64,000 nucleotides of DNA from positions 1 through 64,000 of IMG/VR virus record IMGVR_UViG_3300016667_000484; one strand, given 5' to 3'. The notes beneath the pieces were generated by a model. The model did no database searches and was not told the DNA's origin. It saw only the letters and a program-made list of their open reading frames with translations. The position numbers and the translations under genes are program-made. The stretch is from a virus (lineage: Duplodnaviria; Heunggongvirae; Uroviricota; Caudoviricetes). Below are positions 27,090 through 36,306 of the stretch, piece by piece. Position 1 is the stretch's first letter. Every line of letters begins with the position of its first letter.

Positions 27090-27535
27090 TTTCGCACCTT
27101 CGTTGGATGCTTACATATATAGATCTCTCCAGTGAACTCTGTCCGGATCTGCGGGTTGTTAACTTGTTCTTTGATGTCGATAGCATCCCTTGAGAACTTT
27201 TCATCCCTCAGCATACATTCCCACATCCCACGCACTAATTCTTTGATCATGTGGTCTCGTGCTTGAGGTTCTTGTCTGAGAAAATACATGTCTGCATCAA
27301 CTTTATAAGAGAACTTCTCAATCGCACGTCGACGATAGCATTCGTTCAACAGATCGCGAGTGCTGACACCTGATAGATCAACACTTCTGTGCATAGAACC
27401 ATCACGATTTTTGTGCACCACAGTTTTGATCAAATCATCATACTCGGGTGCGAACGAATAATCCTTAGTCACCATCTTTTGAATTATTTCCTGTATCAGG
27501 TACGTATCTTCTGGTTCCATCGCGTTTTCCATCAA
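27086..27535 (-). CDS. hypothetical protein
   Basis: 149-aa ORF. Confidence 0.5.
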   Translation of the reverse strand: MMENAMEPEDTYLIQEIIQKMVTKDYSFAPEYDDLIKTVVHKNRDGSMHRSVDLSGVSTRDLLNECYRRRAIEKFSYKVDADMYFLRQEPQARDHMIKELVRGMWECMLRDEKFSRDAIDIKEQVNNPQIRTEFTGEIYICKHPTKVRK

Positions 27536-27665
27536 AAATCACTGAAGTGCTTGGTCTAACAATACCACAACCACTACAATATGTCAACCAACCTGTGAAA
27601 GTGAACCCGCCATCTTCAATGACGAGTTCCTTTATTACAGATTCACCTGTGGGGCAACATCTCAA
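27465..27665 (-). CDS. small Cys-rich (Zn-ribbon-like) protein
   Basis: 66 aa with CC and CxxC pairs. Confidence 0.4.
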   Translation of the reverse strand: MRCCPTGESVIKELVIEDGGFTFTGWLTYCSGCGIVRPSTSVIFDGKRDGTRRYVPDTGNNSKDGD

Positions 27666-28792
27666 AACAACGCCCCATAGGTCTTGAACGTAGTGTCAAT
27701 GCTAGTCACTCGCTCAACAGTCAGCTTCACTTCTACTCCTGCACGCTCAAGAGCATAGGTGAAGACATTCGTAGTCGAATCAAAGCTGATCAACTTCGAG
27801 GGATTGAAGTTGATGTCCTTGTTGCCATCGTAGTCTTCTTCGCCGAAGTTCTTCTCGATGAAAGCATACAGCTGAGGATTCTTCTCTGCGAGTTCCTTAA
27901 GCTCATCTTCCATGTTGACGTAGTACTCGAAGTTGTTCGGCGAGAAACCACGATGGTTCTTCTCCAGAACCTTAACGAAGTCTCCGACGATGAAGCGTAC
28001 CACATAGGTCTCAGACGACTTGTTCTCGGGAACGATGTTCAGGTAGTTCAGAACTTCCTGCAGAGACTCGCCGTAACGATTCATCTCTTCAACAGCAGCG
28101 GCCAACATGTCGAAGTTGAAGAACGAGAAGATCTGAGTGTACTTCAAGATCGACGGAATCTGTGACTTGTCGATGAGGTTGTCTTCGCAATACTCTTTGA
28201 TGAACTCTTGCGCCAGAGTGTCGAACTTGAACGAGTAGTAGATACGACCCGGACGATTCTTCAGGAAGCTGTTCACAGAGTGTGCGTCATTCGTTGTCAA
28301 GACGAACAACTTCTTTGTCGGATAGACGCCGTCAAACAACGTAAGAATCTTGTTCTGCGTCTGCCAGTCATAGACCTTCTCGAATTCGTCGAAGATCAGG
28401 ATCGCGGGCACATCGATGCTCTGCACAAAGGCGTTGAATTCATCACCACAGAAAGGTTGGTTGATAACGATGGATGCCACACCTTCTTTTTGAGCGATGT
28501 GCGACAGAGTCTTCGCCAGAAGCGTCTTACCCGAACCCTTAACACCATCAAGGTGAACACCAGTCGACAACGGGCGAGACTTGAAGGTGTTCAGGATGCG
28601 TTCAGCTTTGCGGACGGTGTCACCATAAAGCTTCTTCGGCATGACGAAGTCATCAACCGGCTCGAGGTAGAACTCCTTCGACATAGGGTTCTGCTTCACA
28701 GTGTAGTTCTTTGCGGGTAGTTTCTCGCACACTTCGATGTCTTGTTCAGACATCATGCGATAAGCGCTACCCATGCGGATCACGTAAGTCAT
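27662..28792 (-). CDS. AAA+ ATPase (MoxR/CbbQ-like)
   Basis: GVKGSGKTLLAKTL Walker A and ILIFDEFE Walker B. Confidence 0.7.
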   Translation of the reverse strand: MTYVIRMGSAYRMMSEQDIEVCEKLPAKNYTVKQNPMSKEFYLEPVDDFVMPKKLYGDTVRKAERILNTFKSRPLSTGVHLDGVKGSGKTLLAKTLSHIAQKEGVASIVINQPFCGDEFNAFVQSIDVPAILIFDEFEKVYDWQTQNKILTLFDGVYPTKKLFVLTTNDAHSVNSFLKNRPGRIYYSFKFDTLAQEFIKEYCEDNLIDKSQIPSILKYTQIFSFFNFDMLAAAVEEMNRYGESLQEVLNYLNIVPENKSSETYVVRFIVGDFVKVLEKNHRGFSPNNFEYYVNMEDELKELAEKNPQLYAFIEKNFGEEDYDGNKDINFNPSKLISFDSTTNVFTYALERAGVEVKLTVERVTSIDTTFKTYGALF

Positions 28793-28800
28793 TTTGTAAA

Positions 28801-29184
28801 TCAGTCCTTATGTTTCAGATAGTTGTTCAGCAAGCCTTCAATGTTTGCTTTGCCGATAGGATTTTGCGAGTGGACGTAGAAGTCGAAGTCATTCGAAAAC
28901 TTGTATTCACGACGAGAGTCTTTGTCACCCGAGATGATGTCATTCTCAACGAGTTGTTTCGCCAGTTCGTAGCCGGTGTACTTCTCATGACCAAGATCGT
29001 GGTCAAAGCTGACAAACTTGGGAAAGCCTCGGTTGAGAACTTCTATCATCGCGTCGCCATAACTACGGGCGATGACCCACTCTTCATCACGGTACTTCTC
29101 ACGAATCTGCCAAGGCGCCCAAGTGACGTCGGCCAGTTCACGTTCATCATCGAGGAAGAGGTTCCAAGTCATAGCATACTCCAT
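28801..29184 (-). CDS. hypothetical protein
   Basis: 127-aa ORF. Confidence 0.5.
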   Translation of the reverse strand: MEYAMTWNLFLDDERELADVTWAPWQIREKYRDEEWVIARSYGDAMIEVLNRGFPKFVSFDHDLGHEKYTGYELAKQLVENDIISGDKDSRREYKFSNDFDFYVHSQNPIGKANIEGLLNNYLKHKD

Positions 29185-29219
29185 CTATAATAGGATCTTA
29201 CACCATAGTTATGGAAATG

Positions 29220-29627
29220 TCAATTGATAAGTTGCACCAACACGATTATGATCGCAAACTGAAACATGATCAGAGGAAGCTTCCAAGTACCTTTTGGCCG
29301 AGCTTTCAAGCTACGAACTTCGGCTTCGAGATTAAGTTTATCGCGACGAAGTCGTATAGCATTTTCACGTTCGTACTCGTACATCCTGAAGAGGTGTTTT
29401 TGCTGATCATGGGTTAAGCCATCAGATTTCTCTTTGGCTTTCGCGTAGTACATCACTGCCTTTTCGTACCAATATTTGGCGCCATGGCCATTGTACTCTG
29501 AAGAAGAACTCGAGTCCTCGAGGCGACCACCCTTCTTTCGTGCCATGCGAAGACAAGCCATTGCCTCGTCTTCTGACGTAGTGCTCAGCGCTTTCGCGAG
29601 AAGTTGATTGATGTTGCTCATGACCAC
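29220..29627 (-). CDS. hypothetical protein with C-terminal transmembrane helix
   Basis: 135-aa ORF. Confidence 0.5.
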   Translation of the reverse strand: MVMSNINQLLAKALSTTSEDEAMACLRMARKKGGRLEDSSSSSEYNGHGAKYWYEKAVMYYAKAKEKSDGLTHDQQKHLFRMYEYERENAIRLRRDKLNLEAEVRSLKARPKGTWKLPLIMFQFAIIIVLVQLIN

Positions 29628-29848
29628 TCATCTCCGCGACGATTTGTTTCCCATTCACTGAAGCTTCCACTCATACGATCTGGGTTCAGTCGCCAACCCA
29701 TGTCTGAATTAGTATCCCGAAGACGCTTGATCTCTTCAGCAGAACGAAACAGCATCATGAGTAGTTCATCACCGCACATGATGTTTCTCACACCAGACTG
29801 AATCTCGCGCACTGCTTCGTTCAACTCAACGAGGATGTCTTTCATCAC
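29618..29848 (-). CDS. hypothetical protein
   Basis: 76-aa ORF. Confidence 0.45.
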   Translation of the reverse strand: MMKDILVELNEAVREIQSGVRNIMCGDELLMMLFRSAEEIKRLRDTNSDMGWRLNPDRMSGSFSEWETNRRGDEWS

Positions 29849-30126
29849 ATCACCTTTCCATCTTGATCAAGATGCTTTTCAATCTTGGGTCGACCAAGCC
29901 AAGTCTGCAGAGTTCCTAGGTACTCCTCATGCGACTTGATCGTTGCAGTCATACCGTAGAAGTGGCCGACACTGAGAACCTTTGAACCTTTGTACACGAA
30001 GTGATTGCCGAAGCGATCCTCGAGGAAGTTCATATGGGTATACCCAAAGCTGTTCTGAAAGGTGCGAGACTTCACACACTTGACGAACACATACTTCCGT
30101 TCACCAATGGTTCCAACATGTTTCAT
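29845..30126 (-). CDS. hypothetical protein
   Basis: 93-aa ORF. Confidence 0.5.
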   Translation of the reverse strand: MKHVGTIGERKYVFVKCVKSRTFQNSFGYTHMNFLEDRFGNHFVYKGSKVLSVGHFYGMTATIKSHEEYLGTLQTWLGRPKIEKHLDQDGKVM

Positions 30127-30314
30127 TAGAACAGCCCAAAGAGATACACACCAGGGATGATCCAGATAGCGAGACTGATGATCATCTCAACACGAGTGCG
30201 ATCCCAGTCAATGCGATTTGTACGCATCGTCACCATGGCACCTAATGTCCAAAAGAGGATGTTCCAGAAGGAAGCGAAAATGAACACGATCCAAGCGATG
30301 ATAGTCAGCATCAT
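30126..30314 (-). CDS. small membrane protein
   Basis: 62 aa, two transmembrane helices. Early promoter at 30337-30365. Confidence 0.5.
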   Translation of the reverse strand: MMLTIIAWIVFIFASFWNILFWTLGAMVTMRTNRIDWDRTRVEMIISLAIWIIPGVYLFGLF

Positions 30315-30336
30315 TCTCTCCGTTGCCTACATGTTA

Positions 30337-30365
30337 GATATAAGCAAAAGCTTAGCCAATGTCAA
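30337..30365 (-). promoter_or_regulatory. early promoter, same family
   Basis: gttagatataagcaaaag...caatgtcaact. Confidence 0.65.
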
Positions 30366-30390
30366 CTGGCTAAGCGCACTTTTTTGAACT

Positions 30391-31248
30391 TTATGCAACC
30401 CGGCAGCAAGTCACCGAAGCCAGCTTGCGCCAGTTCTTGCCGGTCTTGACGAGGTTCCCGATCTTCACAGCCATGCGAAGAGAGAGTTCACGAAGAACGT
30501 TTTGCTTCTCTTCGATGAAGCTCATCACCTCGACTTCCTGCTCAGCGGTCAGACCCTGTTCGCGAAGCATACCGTCGGCGACCACTTGACGAATGCGAAC
30601 CAGATAGTCACGTTTGGTCTTCATCGCAAGGTCGATGTAGTGAGAACGAGAAACCAGAGCCGACATGTGCGGAGCGAGTTTGTGGCCACGTTCGATCATA
30701 TCGTCGAAGTCGAGGTTGGTGATGAAGACGATCGTACCTTCGAAGATGAAGGACCGAGGAAGTTTCTCACCGTCGTCGGTCTCCATCCGAGTCTCAGCGA
30801 GCCAAGACACTTTGCGAATGTCGGTGGTGTCACAGACGCTCTTGAGAAGGTTCAGAGAGACGTCGTCGAAGAAGACCGAGTCGGCGTCGTCGAACACGAT
30901 CACTTGACCGGGTTCACGGAAGTCGTAGAGAAGCTTGTAAAGACCCGTCGGACGAATGAAGCCTTTGACGATCGTATGGTTGATCTGGTCAGGGTCCCAA
31001 GCCGAGAGTTGCTTGTCGACGTTGAAGGACTTACCTAGACCGGCGGGACCCGAGACGATCACCGATCGGGCGTCACCGAAGAGAGCAGCTTCAGTGAGAA
31101 CGTCGAGGATCTCAAAGCGTTCACGGAGACGAGCGTCAATCTCAGCGTCAGTCTCAAACTGAAGCTGAGGGATGGAACCCGACGTGAGCATGGCTTCACG
31201 AACTTTTTTCGTCATTCGGACACCGTTAGCAGGAACACCGCGAGGCAT
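30391..31248 (-). CDS. AAA+ ATPase
   Basis: GPAGLGKSF Walker A and VIVFDDADS Walker B. Early promoter at 31278-31306. Confidence 0.7.
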   Translation of the reverse strand: MPRGVPANGVRMTKKVREAMLTSGSIPQLQFETDAEIDARLRERFEILDVLTEAALFGDARSVIVSGPAGLGKSFNVDKQLSAWDPDQINHTIVKGFIRPTGLYKLLYDFREPGQVIVFDDADSVFFDDVSLNLLKSVCDTTDIRKVSWLAETRMETDDGEKLPRSFIFEGTIVFITNLDFDDMIERGHKLAPHMSALVSRSHYIDLAMKTKRDYLVRIRQVVADGMLREQGLTAEQEVEVMSFIEEKQNVLRELSLRMAVKIGNLVKTGKNWRKLASVTCCRVA

Positions 31249-31277
31249 GTTGATCTCTTTCTCTGTTTGACTAGTTA

Positions 31278-31306
31278 GATCTAATCAATCTACATGAGAA
31301 TGTCAA
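31278..31306 (-). promoter_or_regulatory. early promoter, same family
   Basis: ttagatctaatcaatcta...gaatgtcaact, upstream of the AAA+ gene. Confidence 0.6.
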
Positions 31307-31317
31307 CTGGTAAAATG

Positions 31318-31349
31318 AAAAAAGTGCCCCGAAGAGCACTTTTTCCGTT
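31318..31349. terminator. bidirectional intrinsic terminator
   Basis: aaaaagtgccccgaagagcactttttcc, a hairpin with U-tracts on both strands between convergent units. Confidence 0.65.
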
Positions 31350-31367
31350 ATGGGTACGTTGTTTCTG

Positions 31368-31877
31368 TTAAGCCGCTTCTTTCACACCGCGGCCGTGTGC
31401 GACACCGTCTGCACCGAAGGATGCAGCCCAGCTCTCTGGCTTGAGCTTTGGCTCAATACCAGTCATGCCGAGAACGTAACCAGCGGCTTCGTTCGCAGCA
31501 CAGTTCGAACCGAACTTAGGGTCGGTGTTGATGTCGAGGTGAATCTCTACGTCGAACTCGTCGATGAAAGGCGCGAGCTGGCTGTACAGCATACATACCT
31601 TTGAGACTTCGTTCATCATACGCATCTTCGGACGATTCTTCTTCAGATCGTAGTCAGGTTCGTGATCGACGTGGCTGAAGATGCGGCAACCATTCTTACC
31701 GTTCATGTGAACGATAGCCACGGTTGCATAGCGCGCATGCCAACGATCATTCTTGCGGTAACGAACAGAGTCGCAGCCGAGGTAGATCTTTGTCTCCTTG
31801 CCCAGAGTGTAGAGCAAGTTTACGATTTCTTCTACTTGTACTTGGGTGAACATCTTTGAACTCCATACTGTACCCAT
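31368..31877 (-). CDS. hypothetical protein
   Basis: 169-aa ORF preceded by a bidirectional terminator on its downstream side. Confidence 0.5.
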   Translation of the reverse strand: MGTVWSSKMFTQVQVEEIVNLLYTLGKETKIYLGCDSVRYRKNDRWHARYATVAIVHMNGKNGCRIFSHVDHEPDYDLKKNRPKMRMMNEVSKVCMLYSQLAPFIDEFDVEIHLDINTDPKFGSNCAANEAAGYVLGMTGIEPKLKPESWAASFGADGVAHGRGVKEAA

Positions 31878-31932
31878 AATCCAATTCTATCTATATTTCC
31901 GAGAATGTCAACTAATAAATAGTTGGTCGAGT

Positions 31933-31962
31933 TGACTACAAAGATCATGTGATACTATGCTA
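31933..31962 (+). promoter_or_regulatory. putative sigma70-like promoter for the plus-strand secreted-protein block
   Basis: TTGACT ... TACTAT about 20-45 nt upstream of ATG 31980. The spacing is uncertain. Confidence 0.35.
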
Positions 31963-31979
31963 ACCAGAGGAGTAATCAC

Positions 31980-32486
31980 ATGCTAAGAGTAGTTCTAACC
32001 ACGGTGTTGATGCTTGTAGCTACCGCTACGAGCGCAGAACCAATCGTGACTGAGTCGACTAGCACAGTCATATCACCACCACCTACAGCAGTATCTCCTG
32101 CGATAAACAACACGAACTCAGACCTATGTGTTGTCGCCGAGTCTGGAGCTGTTCAGACACAAATTCTCGGTGTATCAAGCGGAGCCGTAACAACTGACGT
32201 AAACTGTGAACGTCTTAAGATCTCTAAGACCTTGTACGACATGGGCATGAAAGTGGCTGCAGTTTCTGTTATGTGCCAAGATCCGCGGGTGTTCGACGCT
32301 ATGCTTAAAGCCGGAACGCCATGCCCAATCGAAGGTAAGATCGGAGAAGAAGCATTAGCGGCTTGGGAGAAGAACCCAGAGATGAAGCCGGAACAAATCA
32401 AGTCGGAGATGGGTCATGGTAAAGCTAACACAGGTATTCTTTTCGGCCTTGGTCTTATCATTCTTCTTAGTGCCGCAGGTAACTAA
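31980..32486 (+). CDS. secreted protein (signal peptide)
   Basis: N-terminal MLRVVLTTVLMLVATATSA. Its hydrophobic C-terminus overlaps the next ORF by 70 nt. Confidence 0.5.
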   Translation: MLRVVLTTVLMLVATATSAEPIVTESTSTVISPPPTAVSPAINNTNSDLCVVAESGAVQTQILGVSSGAVTTDVNCERLKISKTLYDMGMKVAAVSVMCQDPRVFDAMLKAGTPCPIEGKIGEEALAAWEKNPEMKPEQIKSEMGHGKANTGILFGLGLIILLSAAGN

Positions 32487-34215
32487 GGCAGAAGAATACC
32501 AGATCGGCGACGATGGGTATGCGCATGTTCCACTTGAGTTCGCGTTCCCGTATCAAGGACAAGTGTTCACAGATTCATATATGTTCTCGAATGGAGTCGT
32601 TGGATTTTTAAGTCCAACGTCTTCTTTCTGTTGCGGTGCATACGATCTATCTCAGCCAAACCCTTCGCTAAACTTTTCCCTTTTCGTCTTACAGACTGAC
32701 TTGATAGACAACGGTCCAGGTACATTCACAGCTGTTGGCGATGCTACGTCTATGACTTACTCGTGGAATAACATCGCTGAATATGGAACTGAAAACTACA
32801 ACACCTTCAGCGCTTCGATCTACGCAACCGGACAAGTAGACTATAACTACGCAAACATCAACCTAAGCTTTCATAACGCCACGATAGGTATGACTGGCGA
32901 TATAGCTGAGGGCCAAACGTCGACGTACGAAACAGTCCAACCGAACACACATCGTAATGAAGTAGGAAGCATCTCAGTCATACCAAGTGTCGACCTATGC
33001 CTCAGCGATCCACTGTATGATTCTTCTTGCCCAGGCTATCAGGAAGCATACTTACAACTTCAGTGTTCATACAACCCTTTATACGATCCACAATGTCAAG
33101 GATATGAAGATGCATACTACGCCCAGCAATGCTACAACAACGCACTCTATGATGAAGGCTGCCCTGGATACGCAGAAGCATATCTACAACAGCAGTGTAG
33201 CGTCAACCCTCTCTATGATCAAACATGTTCAGGATATGAATCAGCGTATTATGCTGAGCAATGTCGAGCAAATGTTCTCTATGATGCAGGATGCCCAGGA
33301 TACGAACAAGCGTATTATGAGCAGCAATGTTCTCTCGATCCTCTCTATGATCGAGGGTGCACAGGTTACGATGAGGCCTATCACTCTCTGCAGTGCTCGA
33401 TAGATCCGTTGTACGCAACTGACTGCTCAGGATATGATGTAGCCTATCACGATCAGCAGTGTTCTGTGAACCCCTTATACGCCACAGATTGTTCAGGGTA
33501 TGAACAGGCTTACTACAACCAACAGTGTTCGCTGAACCCACTTTACGACTACGGTTGTGAAGGCTATCAAAACACGTACTTCGAACAGCAATGTAGCCTA
33601 AATAGTCTATACAGCAATCAGTGCTTAGGTTATCCCGAGGCGTATTATGCTCAACAGTGTTCGCTGAACCCACTTTATGACACAGGTTGTGAAGGATACA
33701 AAGAGGCTTATGACGCATACATCTTGAACAAGGTGTGCACCGCAAACGTACAGGCTGATTCACGTTGCCAAGGATATTCTGTAGTTGACGTGTTGCAAAC
33801 ATCAGCGGGAAGCACTTTAGTAGTATCATTCACTGACCCTATCTCAGGTGGAGTTGAATCTTACTCGATGGGAACGCTTGAACCGACTACAAAAGAAGAG
33901 ACTAAGAAAGAGGAACCGCCAACCAAAGCTGAGGTGTCGAAGGAAGTAAAGAATGAAGCTAAGGCTGCAGCTAAAGAAGTCGCATCAGCTAAGACTCTCG
34001 AAGCTCAACAGAAAGCTCAAGAGAGTGTTCTCGCTATGCTAGGATACGTTCCAGGCTTTGGTGCTTACAGCGTCGCGATGGATGGTGGAACATATGAAGA
34101 CAACCTATTCTATAAACCAGAGGCTTTACCTGAATCGAAGAGTGGTGTACGAAACGGCCTCGCACAACAAGTACTACACACAAAGATGATCATGATGCAG
34201 TATGAGGAAAAATGA
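32416..34215 (+). CDS. secreted Cys-rich tandem-repeat protein
   Basis: Signal peptide MVKLTQVFFSALVLSFFLVPQVTKA, followed by about 13 tandem copies of a 20-aa unit Q-Q-C-S-x-N-P-L-Y-D-x-x-C-x-G-Y-x-x-A-Y, then a Lys/Glu-rich tail. Confidence 0.7.
   Translation: MVKLTQVFFSALVLSFFLVPQVTKAEEYQIGDDGYAHVPLEFAFPYQGQVFTDSYMFSNGVVGFLSPTSSFCCGAYDLSQPNPSLNFSLFVLQTDLIDNGPGTFTAVGDATSMTYSWNNIAEYGTENYNTFSASIYATGQVDYNYANINLSFHNATIGMTGDIAEGQTSTYETVQPNTHRNEVGSISVIPSVDLCLSDPLYDSSCPGYQEAYLQLQCSYNPLYDPQCQGYEDAYYAQQCYNNALYDEGCPGYAEAYLQQQCSVNPLYDQTCSGYESAYYAEQCRANVLYDAGCPGYEQAYYEQQCSLDPLYDRGCTGYDEAYHSLQCSIDPLYATDCSGYDVAYHDQQCSVNPLYATDCSGYEQAYYNQQCSLNPLYDYGCEGYQNTYFEQQCSLNSLYSNQCLGYPEAYYAQQCSLNPLYDTGCEGYKEAYDAYILNKVCTANVQADSRCQGYSVVDVLQTSAGSTLVVSFTDPISGGVESYSMGTLEPTTKEETKKEEPPTKAEVSKEVKNEAKAAAKEVASAKTLEAQQKAQESVLAMLGYVPGFGAYSVAMDGGTYEDNLFYKPEALPESKSGVRNGLAQQVLHTKMIMMQYEEK
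33000..33720 (+). repeat. about 13 tandem 60-bp coding repeats (Cys-rich 20-aa unit)
   Basis: Each unit reads cagcaatg ttct...aaccctctctatgat...tg...ggatatgaa...gcgtattat... Confidence 0.7.
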
Positions 34216-34526
34216 TAAAGAAGCTACAAATGGATTCGAAGTACAACGAATACGACAAGAACAAAGACGGCGTCGTCGATGATGAAGAACTTGCTCGCGA
34301 GAGTGCAGCCCGAGAAGCTGAGAATCGTGACAAGAAAGAAGACCAGCAGAGACGCATGGCTTGGATTGCGATGTTATCCATGATCGGATTCACCGCGGTC
34401 TTGTTCTCACCAATCATATCTGCAGAGCGTGTTGCTGCACTGTCAGATCTACTCAGCATGTTTTACATTGCTCAAGCGGGCGTGGTAGCAACGTTCTTTG
34501 GTGCGCAAGCATACATCAACAGATAA
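34212..34526 (+). CDS. membrane protein (two C-terminal transmembrane helices)
   Basis: ATGA start/stop coupling with the upstream gene. Confidence 0.5.
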   Translation: MIKKLQMDSKYNEYDKNKDGVVDDEELARESAAREAENRDKKEDQQRRMAWIAMLSMIGFTAVLFSPIISAERVAALSDLLSMFYIAQAGVVATFFGAQAYINR

Positions 34527-34535
34527 GGACAAAAC

Positions 34536-35051
34536 ATGTCAGAGGAAAACGAAGAAACCGGGAAGACTTCACTCGAGTTTGCCGGCATCAAATTCACGGG
34601 TGGTAAGATGTTTGCTGCCATCACTGCACTCACTACACTCGTAGGTGGTCTATATGGTGCGTTTGAAGTGTATAAGGACTACATGGACATGAAAGAACAA
34701 ATTCAGTCCTACGTGGCTCCAGACCTCTCTGGATTCCAAGAGCAACTCTCCGTTATCGAAGAGAAGCTTAAGGCGACTGAAGACTCGGTGATCGAAGCTC
34801 GTGACTACACACGTGACATCAAGACAGATCTTAAGACTGACATTGATCGCTTAGAGTCGGTTGTCGATCAGAACGAGCAACGAACAAAGAAGTCAGAAGA
34901 CGCCGTTCGTGAGATGATCGATCTCGCTAATCAGCGGTTCGACACAAAGCGTGAGTCACTCTCAACGGAAACAGATCGTAAGATTCAAGACCTAGAAGAT
35001 AGACTCAACACGAAGATTCAGACTGCGTTGGACAACCCACTCGCTAACTGA
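34536..35051 (+). CDS. N-terminally membrane-anchored coiled-coil protein
   Basis: Transmembrane segment at aa 25-45, then a long coiled coil. Confidence 0.5.
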   Translation: MSEENEETGKTSLEFAGIKFTGGKMFAAITALTTLVGGLYGAFEVYKDYMDMKEQIQSYVAPDLSGFQEQLSVIEEKLKATEDSVIEARDYTRDIKTDLKTDIDRLESVVDQNEQRTKKSEDAVREMIDLANQRFDTKRESLSTETDRKIQDLEDRLNTKIQTALDNPLAN

Positions 35052-35053
35052 CT

Positions 35054-35290
35054 CTATTTAACACTATTTAACAGTTGGTAGTTGAGCACGAAGTTCTCGA
35101 CGAGAAGTTTCGTAATAGCGGCAAGGGCTACAGCCTGGCGATCAGCTGGATTGTAGCTCTTCATCATTTCTAGGACTTGTATCGCCATCTGTCGATAGGC
35201 TACTTCTTCTTGAATGGGAACCATTCCCCAATCAATAGGATCTACCTTCTCGCCTTCTCGCGCGAGCTCTACGAGTTCATCAACAGTCAT
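35054..35290 (-). CDS. hypothetical protein
   Basis: 78-aa ORF. Confidence 0.5.
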   Translation of the reverse strand: MTVDELVELAREGEKVDPIDWGMVPIQEEVAYRQMAIQVLEMMKSYNPADRQAVALAAITKLLVENFVLNYQLLNSVK

Positions 35291-35637
35291 GCTGTGTAAT
35301 ACGTCGTATGGGCTGTATTGTTGTACTCATCGTCATGCATCATCTTTCCATCCACGTAGTATTCCCAAGAGTGGTCACCATTATCCTCTGGCGACGACTT
35401 CAGCGGAGAATTGAGCGCAGCAAGTCCTGCGTCTTTCATCAACTCGGTGTAGATCTGTTTGTATCTAAGGGGGTTCACGCCTCCACCAGAAGCTTTCATG
35501 CACTCTCCAATAAACTGACCTTCGGTCATCTCAAGGTACTTATCATCTGCGATGACTTTACTTACAGCAAGATAGGTTGCTTTCAGCGGCCGACACGCGT
35601 ACGGGATTCTCATGTTCTTCCTTTCTAGAAACGACAA
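35287..35637 (-). CDS. hypothetical protein
   Basis: 116-aa ORF. Confidence 0.5.
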   Translation of the reverse strand: MSFLERKNMRIPYACRPLKATYLAVSKVIADDKYLEMTEGQFIGECMKASGGGVNPLRYKQIYTELMKDAGLAALNSPLKSSPEDNGDHSWEYYVDGKMMHDDEYNNTAHTTYYTA

Positions 35638-35676
35638 AGCGGCTAGAGACGAATCTCTAGCCGCGAGTGGCTGGAT

Positions 35677-36066
35677 TCAACCAGCCGATCGAGTGATGAA
35701 GTTCACTCTCACTTTGGTAGGCTTAAAGTACTTCTCGATCATGTCTTGAGCAACACCGATGTCGACTGGTTTGCACGAGAAGATGTCGAAATATGCATCG
35801 CCGTTTGAGTCGACGAGATGACCGCTGATGTTGCTGGTCTCGATCATCTGACAGAAACTGATGCCTGCTTTGTCAGGTGCATGAGTGGCAAAATGTTCAA
35901 TCATTGGTTCACCAAACGCGACCATGTCGATCGCCGGAACAAGTTCTTTGATGAAGTTGTATACGTTTTCTTTGCTTGCAATCAATGCTTTGTCACAAGC
36001 ACCACAGTCAAACATCGCATGATAACCCCAGTACGCCATCTCACACCTCTCATTGTTGGTGCTCAT
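35677..36066 (-). CDS. S-adenosylmethionine decarboxylase proenzyme-like (SpeH class, pyruvoyl)
   Basis: IETSNISGHLV ... YFDIFSC resembles the AdoMetDC ESH cleavage region and DIFTCG motif. 129 aa. Confidence 0.55.
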   Translation of the reverse strand: MSTNNERCEMAYWGYHAMFDCGACDKALIASKENVYNFIKELVPAIDMVAFGEPMIEHFATHAPDKAGISFCQMIETSNISGHLVDSNGDAYFDIFSCKPVDIGVAQDMIEKYFKPTKVRVNFITRSAG

Positions 36067-36135
36067 AAGGTGAATCGAACACCTATCAACGGAGTACGAA
36101 ACCGTTGTAATGCCATTATACTATATGAGCGTTGT

Positions 36136-36211
36136 TGGTGCTGCAGGAGGGAATCGAACCCACGACCTGATGCTTACAAGGCAACTGCTCTACCGACTGA
36201 GCTACTACAGC
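36136..36211 (-). tRNA. tRNA-Thr(TGT)
   Basis: Hand-folded cloverleaf. Acceptor GCUGUAG/CUGCAGC, D-arm GCUC..GAGC, anticodon loop CUUGUAA, T-loop UUCGAUU, CCA encoded. Confidence 0.75.
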
Positions 36212-36217
36212 GTTATT

Positions 36218-36290
36218 TGGAGCGGGTAGCCGGAATCGAACCGGTCTCCTACAGCTTGGAAGGCTGCCTGGCTACCATAGCCTTACCCGC
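36218..36290 (-). tRNA. tRNA-Gly(TCC)
   Basis: Acceptor GCGGGUA/UACCCGC, anticodon loop CUUCCAA. It resembles T4 tRNA-Gly. TATAAATA at 36299-36306 lies just 5' of it. Confidence 0.8.
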
Positions 36291-36298
36291 GTTATTCT

Positions 36299-36306
36299 TA
36301 TTTATA
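36299..36306 (-). promoter_or_regulatory. T4-type late promoter TATAAATA immediately 5' of the tRNA-Gly/tRNA-Thr pair
   Basis: tatttata on the plus strand reads TATAAATA on the minus strand, 9 nt upstream of the tRNA-Gly 5' end. Confidence 0.5.

Noticed and set aside
33000-33720. Possible CRISPR array
   Set aside because: The 60-bp units are degenerate in-frame coding repeats with no repeat-spacer architecture.
32987-33829. 138-aa plus and 208-aa minus ORFs inside the repeat gene
   Set aside because: Alternative or antisense frames of the tandem 60-bp repeats. The frame with the signal peptide and regular Cys spacing is the real one.
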